This document shows positions 12,422 through 25,565 of a stretch of DNA of 64,000 nucleotides, in pieces. The position numbers and the translations under genes are program-made. The notes under the pieces are model-generated. The model searched no databases. It saw only the letters and a program-made list of their open reading frames with translations, and was not told the DNA's origin. Source of the stretch: Oopsacas minuta (taxonomy: Eukaryota; Animalia; Porifera). Within the stretch, counting starts at the first letter, position 1. Each line of letters starts with the position of its first letter. The DNA lies in assembly GCA_024704765.1 (NCBI GenBank), contig JAKMXF010000323.1:186001-250000 (forward strand), read 5' to 3'.

Positions 12422-14549
12422 CAGTGGAAGCCGCTTAATCGGGACACCTCGGGAGTCAATGTTTTGTTCCGATTAACCGATTGTCCACATTAACCAATTA
12501 CGATTATTTAAGTATTCAAAACTAGTATTACATGGTTACATGACCAGATATATCATATTTCTATACTACCAATCCTGATTAATCTAGGTCTGGTAGAGAT
12601 TTGGTTGTAGTATGGGTATAGTTTCGCATCAAGAGGTCATAGAATACGTTACGATATATACTTAGAAAGTAAGAAAGTATAGTTTAAATAATTATGCATG
12701 TGCTTATTACTGCAACCCATGCCAAACGTTTGGATATCCAACAGTGAGGTCATAATTGAGGGAATTATACACGGTGGAATAGCCAATGGAACCTGAGGCG
12801 AAAGAGCAATGTTAATAATCTTAGTTTAGTAAATGGTAGTCGCATCGATGTTGCATTGTTATACCGGGTGGGCCAAAAAAACAGAACCCGTACTAAATTT
12901 GTTATTTCTCTACTTTCTTCAAGGGTAGAGAATTAAAACTTAAATATTATCTAATTCCAAGTATTTAAATCAAAAATGCAAGTTTATACTATCCTAGCTC
13001 AAGTTGTTCTTGATCTATAGAACATGGACGAGATGGCATCCATTTAGATTTGCGCATTTTTCCAGTCGTAAAACAAAGTTCTGCATCACTGATTTGCAAC
13101 TTGTACTTGAGATACTTCTCATCTTGTCTTGGATCTTTTTCTTGAGTTCTCCGAGTGCCCTTGGCTTTATAGCATATACCCTGTCCTTCAGGAACCCCCA
13201 GAGGTAATAGTCTGGGGGACTGAGTTCCGGAGAGTAGGGTGCCCACTCATGGTCACACCTGCGACTGATCACTCGGCTTCCGAAGTGGTTCTTGATCCAA
13301 TCTAGGCTTATGTTGGAGGTATGGGGTGTTGCTCCATCCTGTTGGAACCAGAATTTAGGCAAGGTATCCTCTATAGTTCTCTCCAAGCTCCTTCCAGAAG
13401 ACTTCCAGGATCTTAAGGTAACGGTCAGTGTTAATCGTCACAGTCTTTTCTTGCTCCTCGAAGAACTGCGGACCAACTACCCCTTTGATTGAGAATGCAG
13501 CCCAAACTGTGACCTTCTGAGAATGTAGAGGTTTTTCTGTCACTTCTGCCGATCGTTCTGAACCCCAGTAGACGTTGTTTCTAGAATTCACCTGCCCATC
13601 AAGATGAAAATGAGTTTCGTCCGTTGTTCAGAGATGGTCCAAGAAGGTCTTTGATGTCTCAATCTTAGCAAGTTACCACTTAGCCATCTCAAATCTCTTC
13701 ACCTTGTCGGCATTTGCGAGTTTCTGGTGTATCTGTATACGGTATGCATATAGTCTTAAGTCATCAAGAAGAACCCTGCGAAGTGTAGTGCGTGATAAGC
13801 CAACCAATTGACACCTCTTTCTTGTCGACCTCTTTGGGAGGGAAGAACCGACTGACGAACGGCTTCGAAAACTTCATCCGTACGGATCTTCTTCCTCCCT
13901 GAGTGGCTCAGACGACTATCTAATTTAGAGTTGAGGTTCTTAACAGTGCCCGCCTGTTCAAATTTCTTGATCCATCCAAAGATAATGGATTTGCTGGGTG
14001 CTTTTGGCTGCTAAAAATCTTGCGAAAATTTGGTCTGTACAGCATTGTAAGAATGTAACTTGTAGTAGAGCTTGACACAATATATCCGCTTCTCTGTGCT
14101 CCACTGCTTGCCATTACAGCTCCTAAGAGAGGTATATACCATATCCTAATATATTATTTGATTTGTACAAAAGGCATAAGTAGAGTGACCCAAATCACTT
14201 AGGGTTCTGTTTTTTTTTGGCCCACCCGGTAGTTGTAGGGAATATTCAAATTCCTTGTATTCAAACAAACTATTTTACAATGATTCTGAATAAATATACA
14301 ATCGTTAAATTGGAATAGAAATCCAAATTAAGCGAATATAAATCATATCCGGTTAATCGGGATAAGAAATCCTGAATAACCGATTATGAACTTACAAATA
14401 TTCGGATAATCGGGATAAAAAATCCCGATTAACCGATTCGATATCACAATTATCCGACGATTTTCTATGTAAAAAATCTGTTCCCAAACCATTGTCCCGT
14501 TTAAGTGGATATCCCGATTATCAGAGTTCCGATTAAGCGGCTTCCACTG
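12422..14549. mobile_element. Non-autonomous pogo/Tigger-type element (about 760 bp without its nested insert); same family as 60905-61597 in opposite orientation
   Basis: TIRs CAGTGGAAGCCGCTTAATCGG and CCGATTAAGCGGCTTCCACTG, TA at the left end. The first ~60 bp match the reverse complement of about 61530-61597. Confidence 0.8.
12864..14229 (-). mobile_element. Tc1/mariner-superfamily DD41D (rosa/Visitor-like) element, 1366 bp, nested in the previous element
   Basis: TIRs CCGGGTGGGCCAAAAAAACAGAACCC and GGGTTCTGTTTTTTTTTGGCCCACCCGG with TA TSD. Motifs TDETHFHL, QQDGATPH and WAPYSPELSPPD. I count 41 residues between the second and third acidic residues. Confidence 0.9.
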
Positions 14550-14588
14550 TCTTATGATTTATTTTTTTAGAATGCCGTTCCCAATGTA

Positions 14589-16026
14589 CAGGGTGTCCCA
14601 TAATTATTGTCGTATCCTTCATCTTATGTTATTATTGCCATTAATTGAGAAAAGAAGATAATTATTTTCCAGTATATCCTCCTTTCAATTGTATACATTT
14701 ATCAATACGTGCTGGCATTCCAGCAACTAAATTTTCCAAGATCAATGGATTAATGCCCCTCCAGCCACTTTTGAGATTTTCTGCTAACTGATTGAGGTCG
14801 GTTGAGGGTTTCATCTCATTCAACTTCTCCTGCAAAATACTCCATAGATTTCTATCGGATTTAAATCCGGTGAATTGCCAGGCCTTCCCCTTTGGCCCAG
14901 AAAGCGGGCATGTTGTTTTTGCACCATTCCTGTGTGCGACTGGCAGTATGTGCTGGTGCCCCGTCTTGCATAAATATGGCCCGAGACATGTTAGGTAGTA
15001 ATTTCCTGGTCAGAATGCTGCCTGCCGTTTTTGAATGACCCACCCCAAGTCGATAAGATTTCTCCAATATCTCTTCTACATAATATTGAGAGTTTACAGT
15101 CTGTTTAGGAGGAACGAAATGTAATTCTGAGAGGCCACGATAGCTCATAATGGCCCAGACCATCACTTTTGGGGTGTTTTTGATAACTTCACGAGGTGGT
15201 ACTTTGGAGTTGTCAGTGGACCAAACCCTATCAATTTGGGCGGAACTGGGATGAAAAAGTTCAAATGGTGATTCATCACTCTATAGGACTCGTTTCCACT
15301 CATCCAAATTCCAATTTTCCCTTTCAATACAAAAATTTAGCCGATTTTCCCTCTGTTTTTCAGTCAATTTGGGAATTTGGGTCTTTTATAGGCAGTTGCT
15401 CCAATCGTTTCCTTCAAATAGCGGTGAAGAGTCGATTTAGAGATACCATAAACCTTTCGCTTGAGTTTTATCGCGATCTTTATAGTGGATTGACGAATTT
15501 TGCCAAGAGATTTGGATATAACTATCTTCGCCTCCCTTGTGATCGTTTTTGGACGCCCAGCACCGACCTTATGTCCTAGATCTTGACCTCGTCTATATCG
15601 TGCCCACCAATGCTGTATCGTTCTGAGTGGTTTGTCTAAGGTCTTAGCAACATCTTTCTGCACCATCCCACCAATAATCATTCCGACTGCCCAGATACGA
15701 AGAGTTTCGGAGGAATTTTTGACATTCATGATTAAATAATTAAACAAGTTGACAGGGTTGTTTGATTTAAATCATGATTTAAATCAAAAAAATCGGATTT
15801 TTTTTGATTTTCTTTAAAAAATCATGATTTTTATCAACCCTGCAAGTTGATGAAATACTCGATTGTGATAAATTCACTGGAGAAAATATAAGATTCCATA
15901 TAAATTCTAATGACAATTCACACTAGTACTTGTATATGAAAAACTATACAAATTGAAAGCAAACTGGAAATACGGTAAACGAATATCTACAAATATCGGA
16001 TACGACAATAATTATGGGACACCCTG
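14589..16026 (-). mobile_element. Tc1-like DD37E element, frameshifted transposase at about 14665-15729
   Basis: TIRs CAGGGTGTCCCATAATTATTGTCGTATC and its reverse complement, with TA TSD. Motifs SDESPFEL, FMQDGAPAH and (W)PGNSPDLNPIE. Spacing is D-37-E after correcting a 1-nt deletion. Confidence 0.88.
15753..15842. mobile_element. 90-bp hAT-type MITE nested in the 5' region of the DD37E element
   Basis: Termini CAGGGTTG...CAACCCTG and a perfect 8-bp TSD CAAGTTGA (15745-15752 and 15843-15850). Confidence 0.92.
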
Positions 16027-17164
16027 TATATATATACTTTCTCGGTCGGAGATTTGCACCTCGAGTATGAAAATTTTGAATTTTCGCACTTTTTGGTTAT
16101 TGATCATATTTCACACCTTTCTATGTAAGATTCAAAATCATGCTAAAGATTATGTTTCAACATGTTGTGAGGAGTAATTGGGTGTGTATAGTCTCATTTT
16201 GATATTTTCAGTTTCTGAAAGTAACAAATTCACAAATTATCATATGATTAATTATATTTTCACACCTTCGCAAACAATTATTTCAAAATGGAGCTAGAAC
16301 TTTCGTTTCAACTGGAGTTAGAGGTAATCGAGTATGTAGTTCCCAATTATGACATTTACAGACTATACCTACGTGATTAGTCATATGATTGATAATATTT
16401 GACATCTTTTAGCAATTACTCAAAGTATATGCAAGAAATTTCGTTTGAACAGCTAGTTTGGGATAATTTATATCTACAAGATTGGTATTATCATATGATG
16501 ATCATATTTTTACACCTTCGCCATGTATTTTAATCCAATGTTAGAAATTTTACTAATCTAGTTAGACATTAAAAATGTCAAAATCTAATTCTACGTCCCT
16601 GTTACCCCTATTTAAAAGGAGGAGCTACTCTCTAGGATAATGTTCACCAAAAGGTGTGAAAATATGATTAATCATGTGATGAATCAGTATGTATGTATAT
16701 ATATTTGATAGAATATATTGACCAATAGAATTGCAGTCTACATCAATACAAATACATTACAGTGCTAATTATATTACAAAAACTCTACCAGAACTAATTT
16801 TATTCATTTGTGCCCAATTGTAAAACTCTACAACCTGATTAAGCTAAAATACAGAAGTGTTGAAAGATGTGAAAATATACACATAGAGGACAACTAGAGG
16901 TCACTACGAGTACACATGCCAAATTTGGTGTATTTATCTCTAAAGGTGTGAACAGCAGAGCGAAAACTAAATTTCGGAGTGTAAGGATCAAAATGTTAGT
17001 AAGCAAAAGATTGCGATATCCAAGCGATCATAATGGCCTAATCTATGATACTATATATTTGGATTCAACTGCACCTTAAGTTATATTTAATTATTTATAG
17101 TATGTATATGCCGACAAGAGAAGTATTTGATCGTAAGTATGGTTTGTGTGTGTACATGTATTAC

Positions 17165-17432
17165 CTGGAGATGACTGATCCACACTATTACAAAGGTCAG
17201 AATCAATACCTATATACATCAGAATTCCAGGATCAATAGAACATAATTTGGCCACTTCAACTGGGAGAGAAGGCATATCTTGGTTAGTTGCAGTGCTAAT
17301 GTATTGCAGCCAGGAGGGTAGCGAGGATTGTGATATGAGAGAAGGATGAGAATTTAAGTAAATAAGACTAGATATTACTTGTAAAGAAGATTTTAATGTT
17401 TCATCACTTTCCTTTTCTGAAATGGAGTTGAT
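17165..17432 (-). CDS. Putative second coding exon of the ABCA-family gene
   Basis: Acceptor TTCTACAG|ATC in phase 0 matches the phase-0 donor at 19229. The 268-nt frame is open (INSISEKESDETLK...VDQSSP) and ends at CCAG|GTAATA. There is no recognisable homology in the peptide itself. Confidence 0.5.
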
Positions 17433-17609
17433 CTGTAGAATTATTTTGATTTATATTATAGCAATCTATACACTAAGGGCATGTTGCTGATTGATGGATT
17501 TGGACCAGGATATATCAAGTCAGTACAAGAGAATTCTATTTGCAGTGATAAAATTTAAACAGTACATTTTGGCGTGAATAAACGTATTATTGATGATTGA
17601 CATCACTCA

Positions 17610-18535
17610 CAGTCTACATCTACAAACTATTTTCAGACCAAAATGACGTAATCTGATTGCTTACTTAGCAAATATGTCAGAAAATCTGTAAAGAGGAAAT
17701 TAATGCTTACAGTTTCCAAACTGGTATCCAAAACATTTTGTTATACAAAATATAAAAAATTATTATTATTAAGTTCTCGTGTTCAAGAGTTATAGTAGTG
17801 ACCATGGATGGCGTATTTTTACCAATATTCACCCATAACTAGACCCCTATATGCAATGACCAAATCATCTTACAGACATATAGTATATCCCCGACTTCCC
17901 ATACCCTGATAATACATTTTGATATGATATCTCTGATGACAATCTTAAAAATAACCATGCTATTATTAATGACTGCGCAATATTCTTTGGAGATCAAAAT
18001 GCATTATCAGGGTATGGGAAGTCTGGTATATACTATATGTCTGTAAGATGATTTGGCCATAACATGTGAAGTTGTCAAGTTATGAGTAAATATCAGTCAA
18101 ACATGCCATCCATGGTAACTACAATAACCCTGTAACGCGAGAACTTAATACAGTTGATGTCGGTTATAAGATACGGTTCTCATATATACTGTCTTATTTG
18201 TCCGATTCTACAAAAACAGTAATAAGAACAAATTTTACTACTATTCTAAGAGTGTTCTTATAACTGGCATAAATTATACCGGAGTATATGGCAATCATTT
18301 GACTAGTATAATGCTCTTATAACCGGTAATCTTATATCTGGCATCTACTGTAATGACAAATTTTTGAGATTTTGTACAGCAACATCCTTCGTTTCCATTT
18401 TATATACTTGGAAACTGTAGATGTATTAATTTAATCTTTACAACATTTCAAAAATTGGAGCATTTTTCTGACATATTTGTTAAGTAAGCAATCAGTTGAT
18501 GTTATTTTGGCCTGAAAACAGTTTATAGATGTAGT
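17610..18535. repeat. Foldback element with long diverged inverted arms; same family as 33611-34674, with a partial copy at about 25840-26045
   Basis: About 17610-17930 is the imperfect reverse complement of about 17995-18535 once the 18151-18350 MITE is removed. It shares the core CCCGACTTCCCATACCCT...ACATTTTGATATGA with the other copies. Confidence 0.75.
18151..18350. mobile_element. 200-bp TA-targeting MITE nested in the foldback arm
   Basis: Termini CAGTTGATGTC... and ...GGCATCTACTG, flanked by TA. Confidence 0.75.
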
Positions 18536-19229
18536 ATGGCTGCCATATATCGATAACACATTTATTCGGGTCAAAATATACAGTGTAAAAGTTTATCACA
18601 ACTAAGAGAATTTCTTTGAACGTACCCTTGCCGGATCCCTGATTCAAACCCATTAGTCAGCACCATTGCCTTAGTAGATAGAATGCTATGTTAACACACA
18701 AGATAATCCCCATCCACAAATCATTTTATCCATTTACACTGTTCTCTCAACCATTCTATAAATGCCGCATACTCATTTCATATATATTAAATTTCAGTGC
18801 ACACTAGTCGTTCAAGTTTAGATTAGCAACGGGTCCAAATTTCCCAGAATTATATATATATATATATATTGTGTTAATTTGTAGTTTTTCTTAGTTTTTA
18901 CTAGTTTCTTTTCGAGGGGAACATGAGCATAGCCCTGAAATAATGTAAAGTCTATATAAACTTTAATAAAACAGTTTGCTATAATATAATAGGTTAAAAT
19001 TAGTGCACAATATTCTTAGGCACACACGTTTAGAAACTCTAAAGTAGATCTCTAGTATCATCTAAACAAAGCTGGGTAGCATTAATTGAAAACCAACGAG
19101 CCACAGCGCTCGTAGATACGTAAATAATTCGCCATCTTGATTATTACACTTCTAAGTCCAAACGATTATATAAAATACAACGCATCGAATGAGATTATTA
19201 CCTACTAGAGGGAATATGCCTAACCTTAC

Positions 19230-19560
19230 CTTAGTAAAAGCAGTGAATAGCTCGTCAACTCTAGCTCCTTCAAACAACGGAGCACCATCAGGTCCATTTA
19301 TCGAATTATCAGTCAGATCGCAATAGAACGTCTGTAGGAATGGAATTAATCCTGCACTAGGCAATGCCTTAGCTCCAGATTGCGTGTTTTGATGGTGAAA
19401 AACTGGAACTATAACCCTCAGTAAACTCAACAAAATGATTAGAATCAGTGGAAATACTATCTCGAGTAAAGTTATCTGCCAATTCCTAAGTTTGTATAGC
19501 GAGTTCTTTAGAAGGAGAATAAAAAATCTCCTCAAAATACCTGGATTAGCCAGTATTCTC
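19230..19560 (-). CDS. ABC transporter subfamily A (ABCA1/4/7-like), N-terminal coding exon (TM1 and start of extracellular domain 1)
   Basis: ILLLKNSLYKLRNWQITLLEIVFPLILIILL...KALPSAGLIPFLQTFYCD aligns with the ABCA1-type LLLWKN...LLEVAWPL...KAMPSAGTLPWVQGIIC. Acceptor TTTTTAG| at 19561 and donor AAG|GTAAGG at 19229. No in-frame ATG in this exon. Confidence 0.85.
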
Positions 19561-20801
19561 CTAAAAATTAAAATTCAAAGTGGTTTTGTGTTTACCTAAT
19601 CGAGTATTAAGCTCAATTATATATCATTAAATCCATTATAATGAAATATATTCTACAATATCAGTTCTAGCAAAACGGTTTATCAATTCTTATAGTAAAT
19701 TGTATTGGAATAATATCGTAAAAATCGAAATCGCATAATATCGGATTCTATACGATATACTGGAAATTTACGGGATACGAAAAATATCTGTTCAATATTT
19801 TGATAATTTCACAATATTCTCGATATTTTGTTCTTCAATGTTAATTCGATATTTTTGGAAAACCCGATATCAATAGTTGGATTAAATATCGAATCTATAT
19901 TTTGATAATTTTCATATCAGATAAATCGTTACCAAATCTTGGATGTTACATAATTAGCTTGTAACGGGGATTGACCTGACTTCCAACCGGTTAACAGGAG
20001 CAAAAAACTGAGACCAAAATACCCGACGGCAACTATAATAATTCGATTGTATTCATTATTGCGTTAATTAGGAGAGTAAATATAATTCGATGACTTCACG
20101 AAATCAATTTATATTTTAATTTAAGTATTTATATTTATAAAATATATAAAATAATTAAAAGTAAATAACAACAAAATGACACTCATACAGGGTCATTTGA
20201 GTTAGTAAAATCAATTCATTTCTTTTATACAACTCATTCAAATTTCATTTAACTTTACATCATTCAACTCATTTTAAGAAATGAGTTGGTTGTATGTGGA
20301 TACAGCCCTGGGAGGCAGATACTAATCCTAACGAATATGCTGAATCAGATTGTCACACTTTTGAATAATTTACTCTCTTTGTTTTATAAATATACGTGAT
20401 ACGAAAATCGAATTCAAAATAGCATACCATAATTAATTTCCTAACGAACAACCGCCAAATTACAAGCATACAAATATAAACAGATAACAATTGAGATACT
20501 ATAATATTTTCTATGAACCTTATGTATTATTATAATATATATATATTCAATGTCAAGATATAATTGGTAACCGATATACAAGAATTGGCCTATTATTCTC
20601 CGGCTAACCATTTGCATATCATATTCCAATGTGATTCATGCAAATTATTTTCTATTATATTATTGATAAATCATTAAATTGAACATTCAGAACCTCTCAC
20701 CAAAGCACCAACAAAACTTATCCTGAGTTCATATGAATACCAATTTATCTTAATGTAATGAGAAGATGAAATATTGTTCCGGTCCCGGACTTACTCCTTA
20801 C

Positions 20802-21165
20802 CTAAGTTGACTAATTCATGAATAATGAATAATTCATTATTCACTAGGTTAAAAATGAATAATTCTTTTGTGAATAATTCATTTTTGAATAATACATTTT
20901 GAATTAATAACCTTCTGGCCCCCAATTTTAATGCATAAATAGGATTTGTATTAAGTCGAGTTGATAAATATGAATTCTCTATATTACGAACAGTTTCTTT
21001 AATCCCCTAGTGGTTCAGAATTCGCGACACTGACATATATTATTCAATATCATTATGAATTGTATAAACCCATTAATTAATCAACTCTTCAAAATGAATA
21101 ATGTATAAATTGAGAAAGAATTATTCATTATTCTTAACGATTTTTCAATGAATTAGTCAGCTTAG
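20802..21165. mobile_element. 364-bp MITE with 8-bp TSD
   Basis: TIRs CTAAGTTGACTAATTCA and TGAATTAGTCAGCTTAG, with a perfect CTCCTTAC on both sides (20794-20801 and 21166-21173). Confidence 0.85.
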
Positions 21166-21269
21166 CTCCTTACCCTTGTGGGCTATTGCCAATCAAAAGG
21201 GGCGCCACTGTGCCAGCTGAAACTGAAGGATATATTGTAAATTTGTAATACAGCGAATTAATGAATTAA

Positions 21270-22775
21270 TATTTCAACAATTTTTTTACTTTATATTCAG
21301 AAAAACAAAAAATAATTACATAAGAGAAACTTGAATATGCGAAATTCGGATCAGCATCCTTTGATACCCATCTATAGCCGTTAAGAGCAAGTCTCTACGT
21401 GATTTTAAGATTTCAAATATTGGTTTACTTTATATTCATAAAAACAACAAATAAATTTACATATGAGAAACTTTCAAATGCGAAATTCAGAATCAGCGTA
21501 CTTGACTACCCTTATATGTCTGTTGAAAGCAAGTCTCTAACTATATTTGAGATTTTTATTTGTTTACTTTATATTCACAAAAACAACAAATAACTTTCGC
21601 TGTTTAATACTTAAGCTAACCTGAAGCATTGAGCTGTCCGCAGTATCGAGTTAAAGATAATTTTAAATGGAATAATTGTTTTCTAGATTAGATAGATGTA
21701 TTTTACTAATCTTTGATTAATATAAGTTAATGTTAACATTAATTCCGAAACAAAGACATTCATTAGTTTATCTAAACCCTGGAGGAATGACTGTTTTGTT
21801 TGGGTATAAATCACGGGCTCCTGTTCACTCTTTAGCTGGCTAAAACCGAGCCACGATATGCACATACATATTAATATGTCTATAGAAATCTATACACATG
21901 ATCAGAGTTAATTTAAAATTATAATCATTAATTTGTGTAATATCAATACAGATAGATTTTATACAATATTGTGAATATTTTTAAATAATCTATTTGAAGA
22001 CTTAATACAATTTGAATAATTTCTTAACTTTTAAGTGTGTTTTTCATTAATATTCGTAAATTAATCTCCAAAATGGTTACAATACGTTAAATTATAGATT
22101 TTTTCTTAACGAGCCTTTGGCTCGTCGCATTGGCCCCCGAGATATTCAACGGACAAACAACAATTGAGATTTAAGAATATTGTACAGACTCAGCATATTC
22201 GATTACCCCAGTATAATCGTTGAAAGCATGATTCTACCTGAATTTTGAAATTTGTATACTTTATGTACCTAAAAGTAAACAAATACTCACAGTATGTTGT
22301 TTACAATACCATATTCCTACTCAGCATACTCGAATGCCCCAGGATAGTCGTTGGAAGTATGATTCTACTACAATTTTGAAATTTGTTTACTTGATATTCA
22401 TAAAAACAACAATAAATTTATATAAGAAACTTGGAAATGCGAAATTCGGATTCAGCGTACTTAGTTACCCCTAAGCAACCGTTTAGAGCAAGGCTGTACT
22501 TGTATTTTGAGATTGGATAATTTGTTTACTCCATATTCATGAAAACAACAATAAATTTACATATGATTAATCCAAAAGTGTGAAAATCGGATTCAGCATG
22601 TTCGATCTATTTGGTGAAGTTATATTAAATTCTATTCACTTCCTTGATAAACACGATAAATACATAGTTATGCGACAATTTCAAAATTGCATTCCGTAAA
22701 TCCTATCCTTGACAACGGACAAACAAACAAACAAACAAACAAACAGACAACAATTGGGATTTAATTATATAGATT
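21270..22775. repeat. Cluster of a dispersed repeat family with ~120-140 bp degenerate units and (AAAC)n tails, possibly non-autonomous Helitron-like; related copies at about 29420-29640, 30290-31200 and 46200-46300
   Basis: A recurrent unit AATTTGTTTACTT.ATATTCATAAAAACAACA.ATAAATTTACATA...AAATGCGAAATTCGGATTCAGC, ending in CAAACAAACAGACAACAATTGGGATTTAATTATATAGAT. The class assignment is inference. Confidence 0.55.
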
Positions 22776-25306
22776 ATGCAGAGGTTTTCTGCTATGTTTT
22801 TCCAAAGAAATTTATAATTTAATTGGTCCCCTACCCAATTTTTACCTAAGAACCCGCTAATTGAGATCTTTTCTTAAATTTCCGTAGAAATTTGCCCCAA
22901 TTTATTTTCCTTGTTTTAGAATTTTATTAGAAATATATTGTTGATATTTGCCACTGAAACTGGGAACTGAGTGCTTCATGACAGCAATATTCAAAATTAC
23001 ACTACTATAACTATAATTCTAATCAATATTCATATAGATCTTCTTAAAATTTCTATTCGTTTAGGTGTACACTTGAAAATATTAGTCATTGTTTTCCATA
23101 ACAACGCTCAGGAATTTGGTTTCATTCCTTTCTCCAAATGTTTCCTAACCACATTAAGTGATCCTTCGACTCCACTTGGCCTTAAGAGTAATAGGAAGTG
23201 CTTAACCTTACTCAATATTGTCATGTATTTGGTCAAATGGGTATATTCCGAGCTACAGTGGAAACTTCATATTAGCAAATCGTATTTTGCAAGTATTTTC
23301 CTTGCTATTACGCAAATTTTGCTATTATTAGCGCGCTTCACCTGCCAGGTTTGATGCGTCAGATTTAGATTAAGTTTTAAACAGATATATTTCTTAGTGC
23401 TTATTGTCGCTACGCGACGAAATATACTCGGCACTATGTGCCTCGGCTATAGAACAGAGGGAATTTAAATTTTTTTAATCCATCGCCCATCCAAAATACA
23501 TTTAGTGGGCTTAGTTGGTAATGCTGGAGCTCTTACGTGGCTATTGATTAGTAATCTGGGCACTTCGTACCTCGTGTATTAAGGATTCTAAAATTTCAAT
23601 TTTATAATTTCGTCATAGGTATTAATTTTCGTTCATGACTCGTATGCCAAAAATCAGCCTTTGAGGTCTGTACAACAAATATTTCACTGCTGGATAGACC
23701 GATTATAGAGTGAATTCGTGTCAAGGGCATACTTGTCAACTGTTCCGCTTTCTTGGACATATATTGACGGCCAATGAGGCAAATGTCCCGTCAAAACATC
23801 CCCAAAACCTTAATTGTCCCGCAATTTTGTAGCCCAGCCTAATACAAATATGCTAGGTCCCGCCATGTCCCACTAAATTAGTGTTTTCCGTCCCTCTTTT
23901 TTTTCACTCAAGTTGGCAAGTATGCAAGGGGGACTATTTCGGAAATATATAGTGAATTAACCTGTCGGTCATTCTATCTAATCATATTGGTGTGGGGTGA
24001 TCAGTACTTATGAAATGACCTAAATATTACTAGATTACACATGTTGGCAGCCTTTTCATCGTTTGTACAACTTTCGAAAAATGTCCCACTAGATCTTATA
24101 GTATTTTTCTATGGATTTCGCGAATAGGACAAATTATTTTGCAATAGGAACAGTGCTGTTTGGAATACGAGAATGTACTTTATTTCCACTTTCCGAAATC
24201 CACCATTGTTTTTGTTCATCAATTATCTTATTATTTGTATTTGATTTCACATAATCCGCCATTATTTTATTTGAATACTATTGATAGTATTAGAAAATTT
24301 AAAATACCTAATTTATGTTAGCAATAGAGAGGAAATTTTCTATAAATTACGATAATTTTGGAAAGCCCACTCAAGAGTAGATTGCTGTACTTTTTGGCCG
24401 AAATGGAGTACATGGATTCCAGAAGGAATATACGTATGCATATATACAAGTAATTCAGATAATCCGTCCAATTGGATAACCCGCCACAGATATTGCTACA
24501 CCAATTAAAGCGAGTTATCTGGGGGTCACTGTATATATCCCATGTGATAAACATGTAGTTTGCTGCATAATTACGATCGTCATCAATAATTACATAATGA
24601 CGTCAAAGTATATGACACAACAATTCAGTAAACTAATTATCTTTCAATTACCCTCAGACAAGCTGAGGATCTGTACTACCTGCCAACAGTCCAGGATATT
24701 CACTTATAGCAAGACATTTGTGTTTCAAAATCAAAAAACAAAAATTAATCATTATTGAATCAGTTCTAGAGTTCTGGTTCGTAATTTCTTATAATGTTTG
24801 CATCCATGGAATCTTTGAACAAGTAATTTCTAGTATTATATTTTACCCAAAGCGTGGGGAAGTTTGGGCTCTGTCCAGAGATTGATGTGACAAATATTGG
24901 AAGGTATGCGGAAGTAGCGCGGGTAAAATTGTTTTACCAGGACATGGACTCTCGTTATGGTGCCTCATTATGCTCGCTAGTCGCTAAGACTCAACGGTCC
25001 TCTAGAATATTTCTAGTACGACGCATACTGTAAGTACATAAGTCTAACTAATGATCCAAAAAGGAATGCAATTGCGACCCCGAGGTTGGGAACCACTGGT
25101 ATACATGGACATTAATTACTATACAAAACTGGGCTTAATTTTCAAGAAAAAAGTTGCTAATAGGCGGATTTTGCTATTAGACGAATTGCTAATAGGATGT
25201 TTCTTTTGTATTATAAATTTTCCCTGTACATAGGAATTTGTTTTTCCATTAGATTGGGCTCCTTCAAGGAAAAAGGAAGTCAACTATGCCGTTTCGAATA
25301 GCACTA

Positions 25307-25565
25307 CACTCCCTGGCCAAAAGTACTTGAACGCTTTTGAGCCACTTGTGGTACAAGAGGCACATAGTAAAATGCTTGGGCCACTTCCCATGGTTCTTGA
25401 ATTATAGAGAATATATTGTTAGAACTACTATTGGATCATTTAAAGTTACAAATATATTTTTTTAAGTTATTTCAATGTGTGTACGTAAAGTTGCAAATTA
25501 GTTTAAGCAATGTGCCACTTGTACCCCATGGCGTGATAAGTTCAAGTACTTTTGGCAAGGGAGTG
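25307..25565. mobile_element. 259-bp Tc1-type MITE
   Basis: TIRs CACTCCCTGGCCAAAAGTACTTGAAC and GTTCAAGTACTTTTGGCAAGGGAGTG with TA TSD. Confidence 0.88.

Noticed and set aside
16760-17080. Further candidate ABCA exons (GAVESKYI; LNQVVEFYNWAQMNKISS)
   Set aside because: Phase-compatible only with weak donor sites and without recognisable ABCA motifs; needs RNA evidence.
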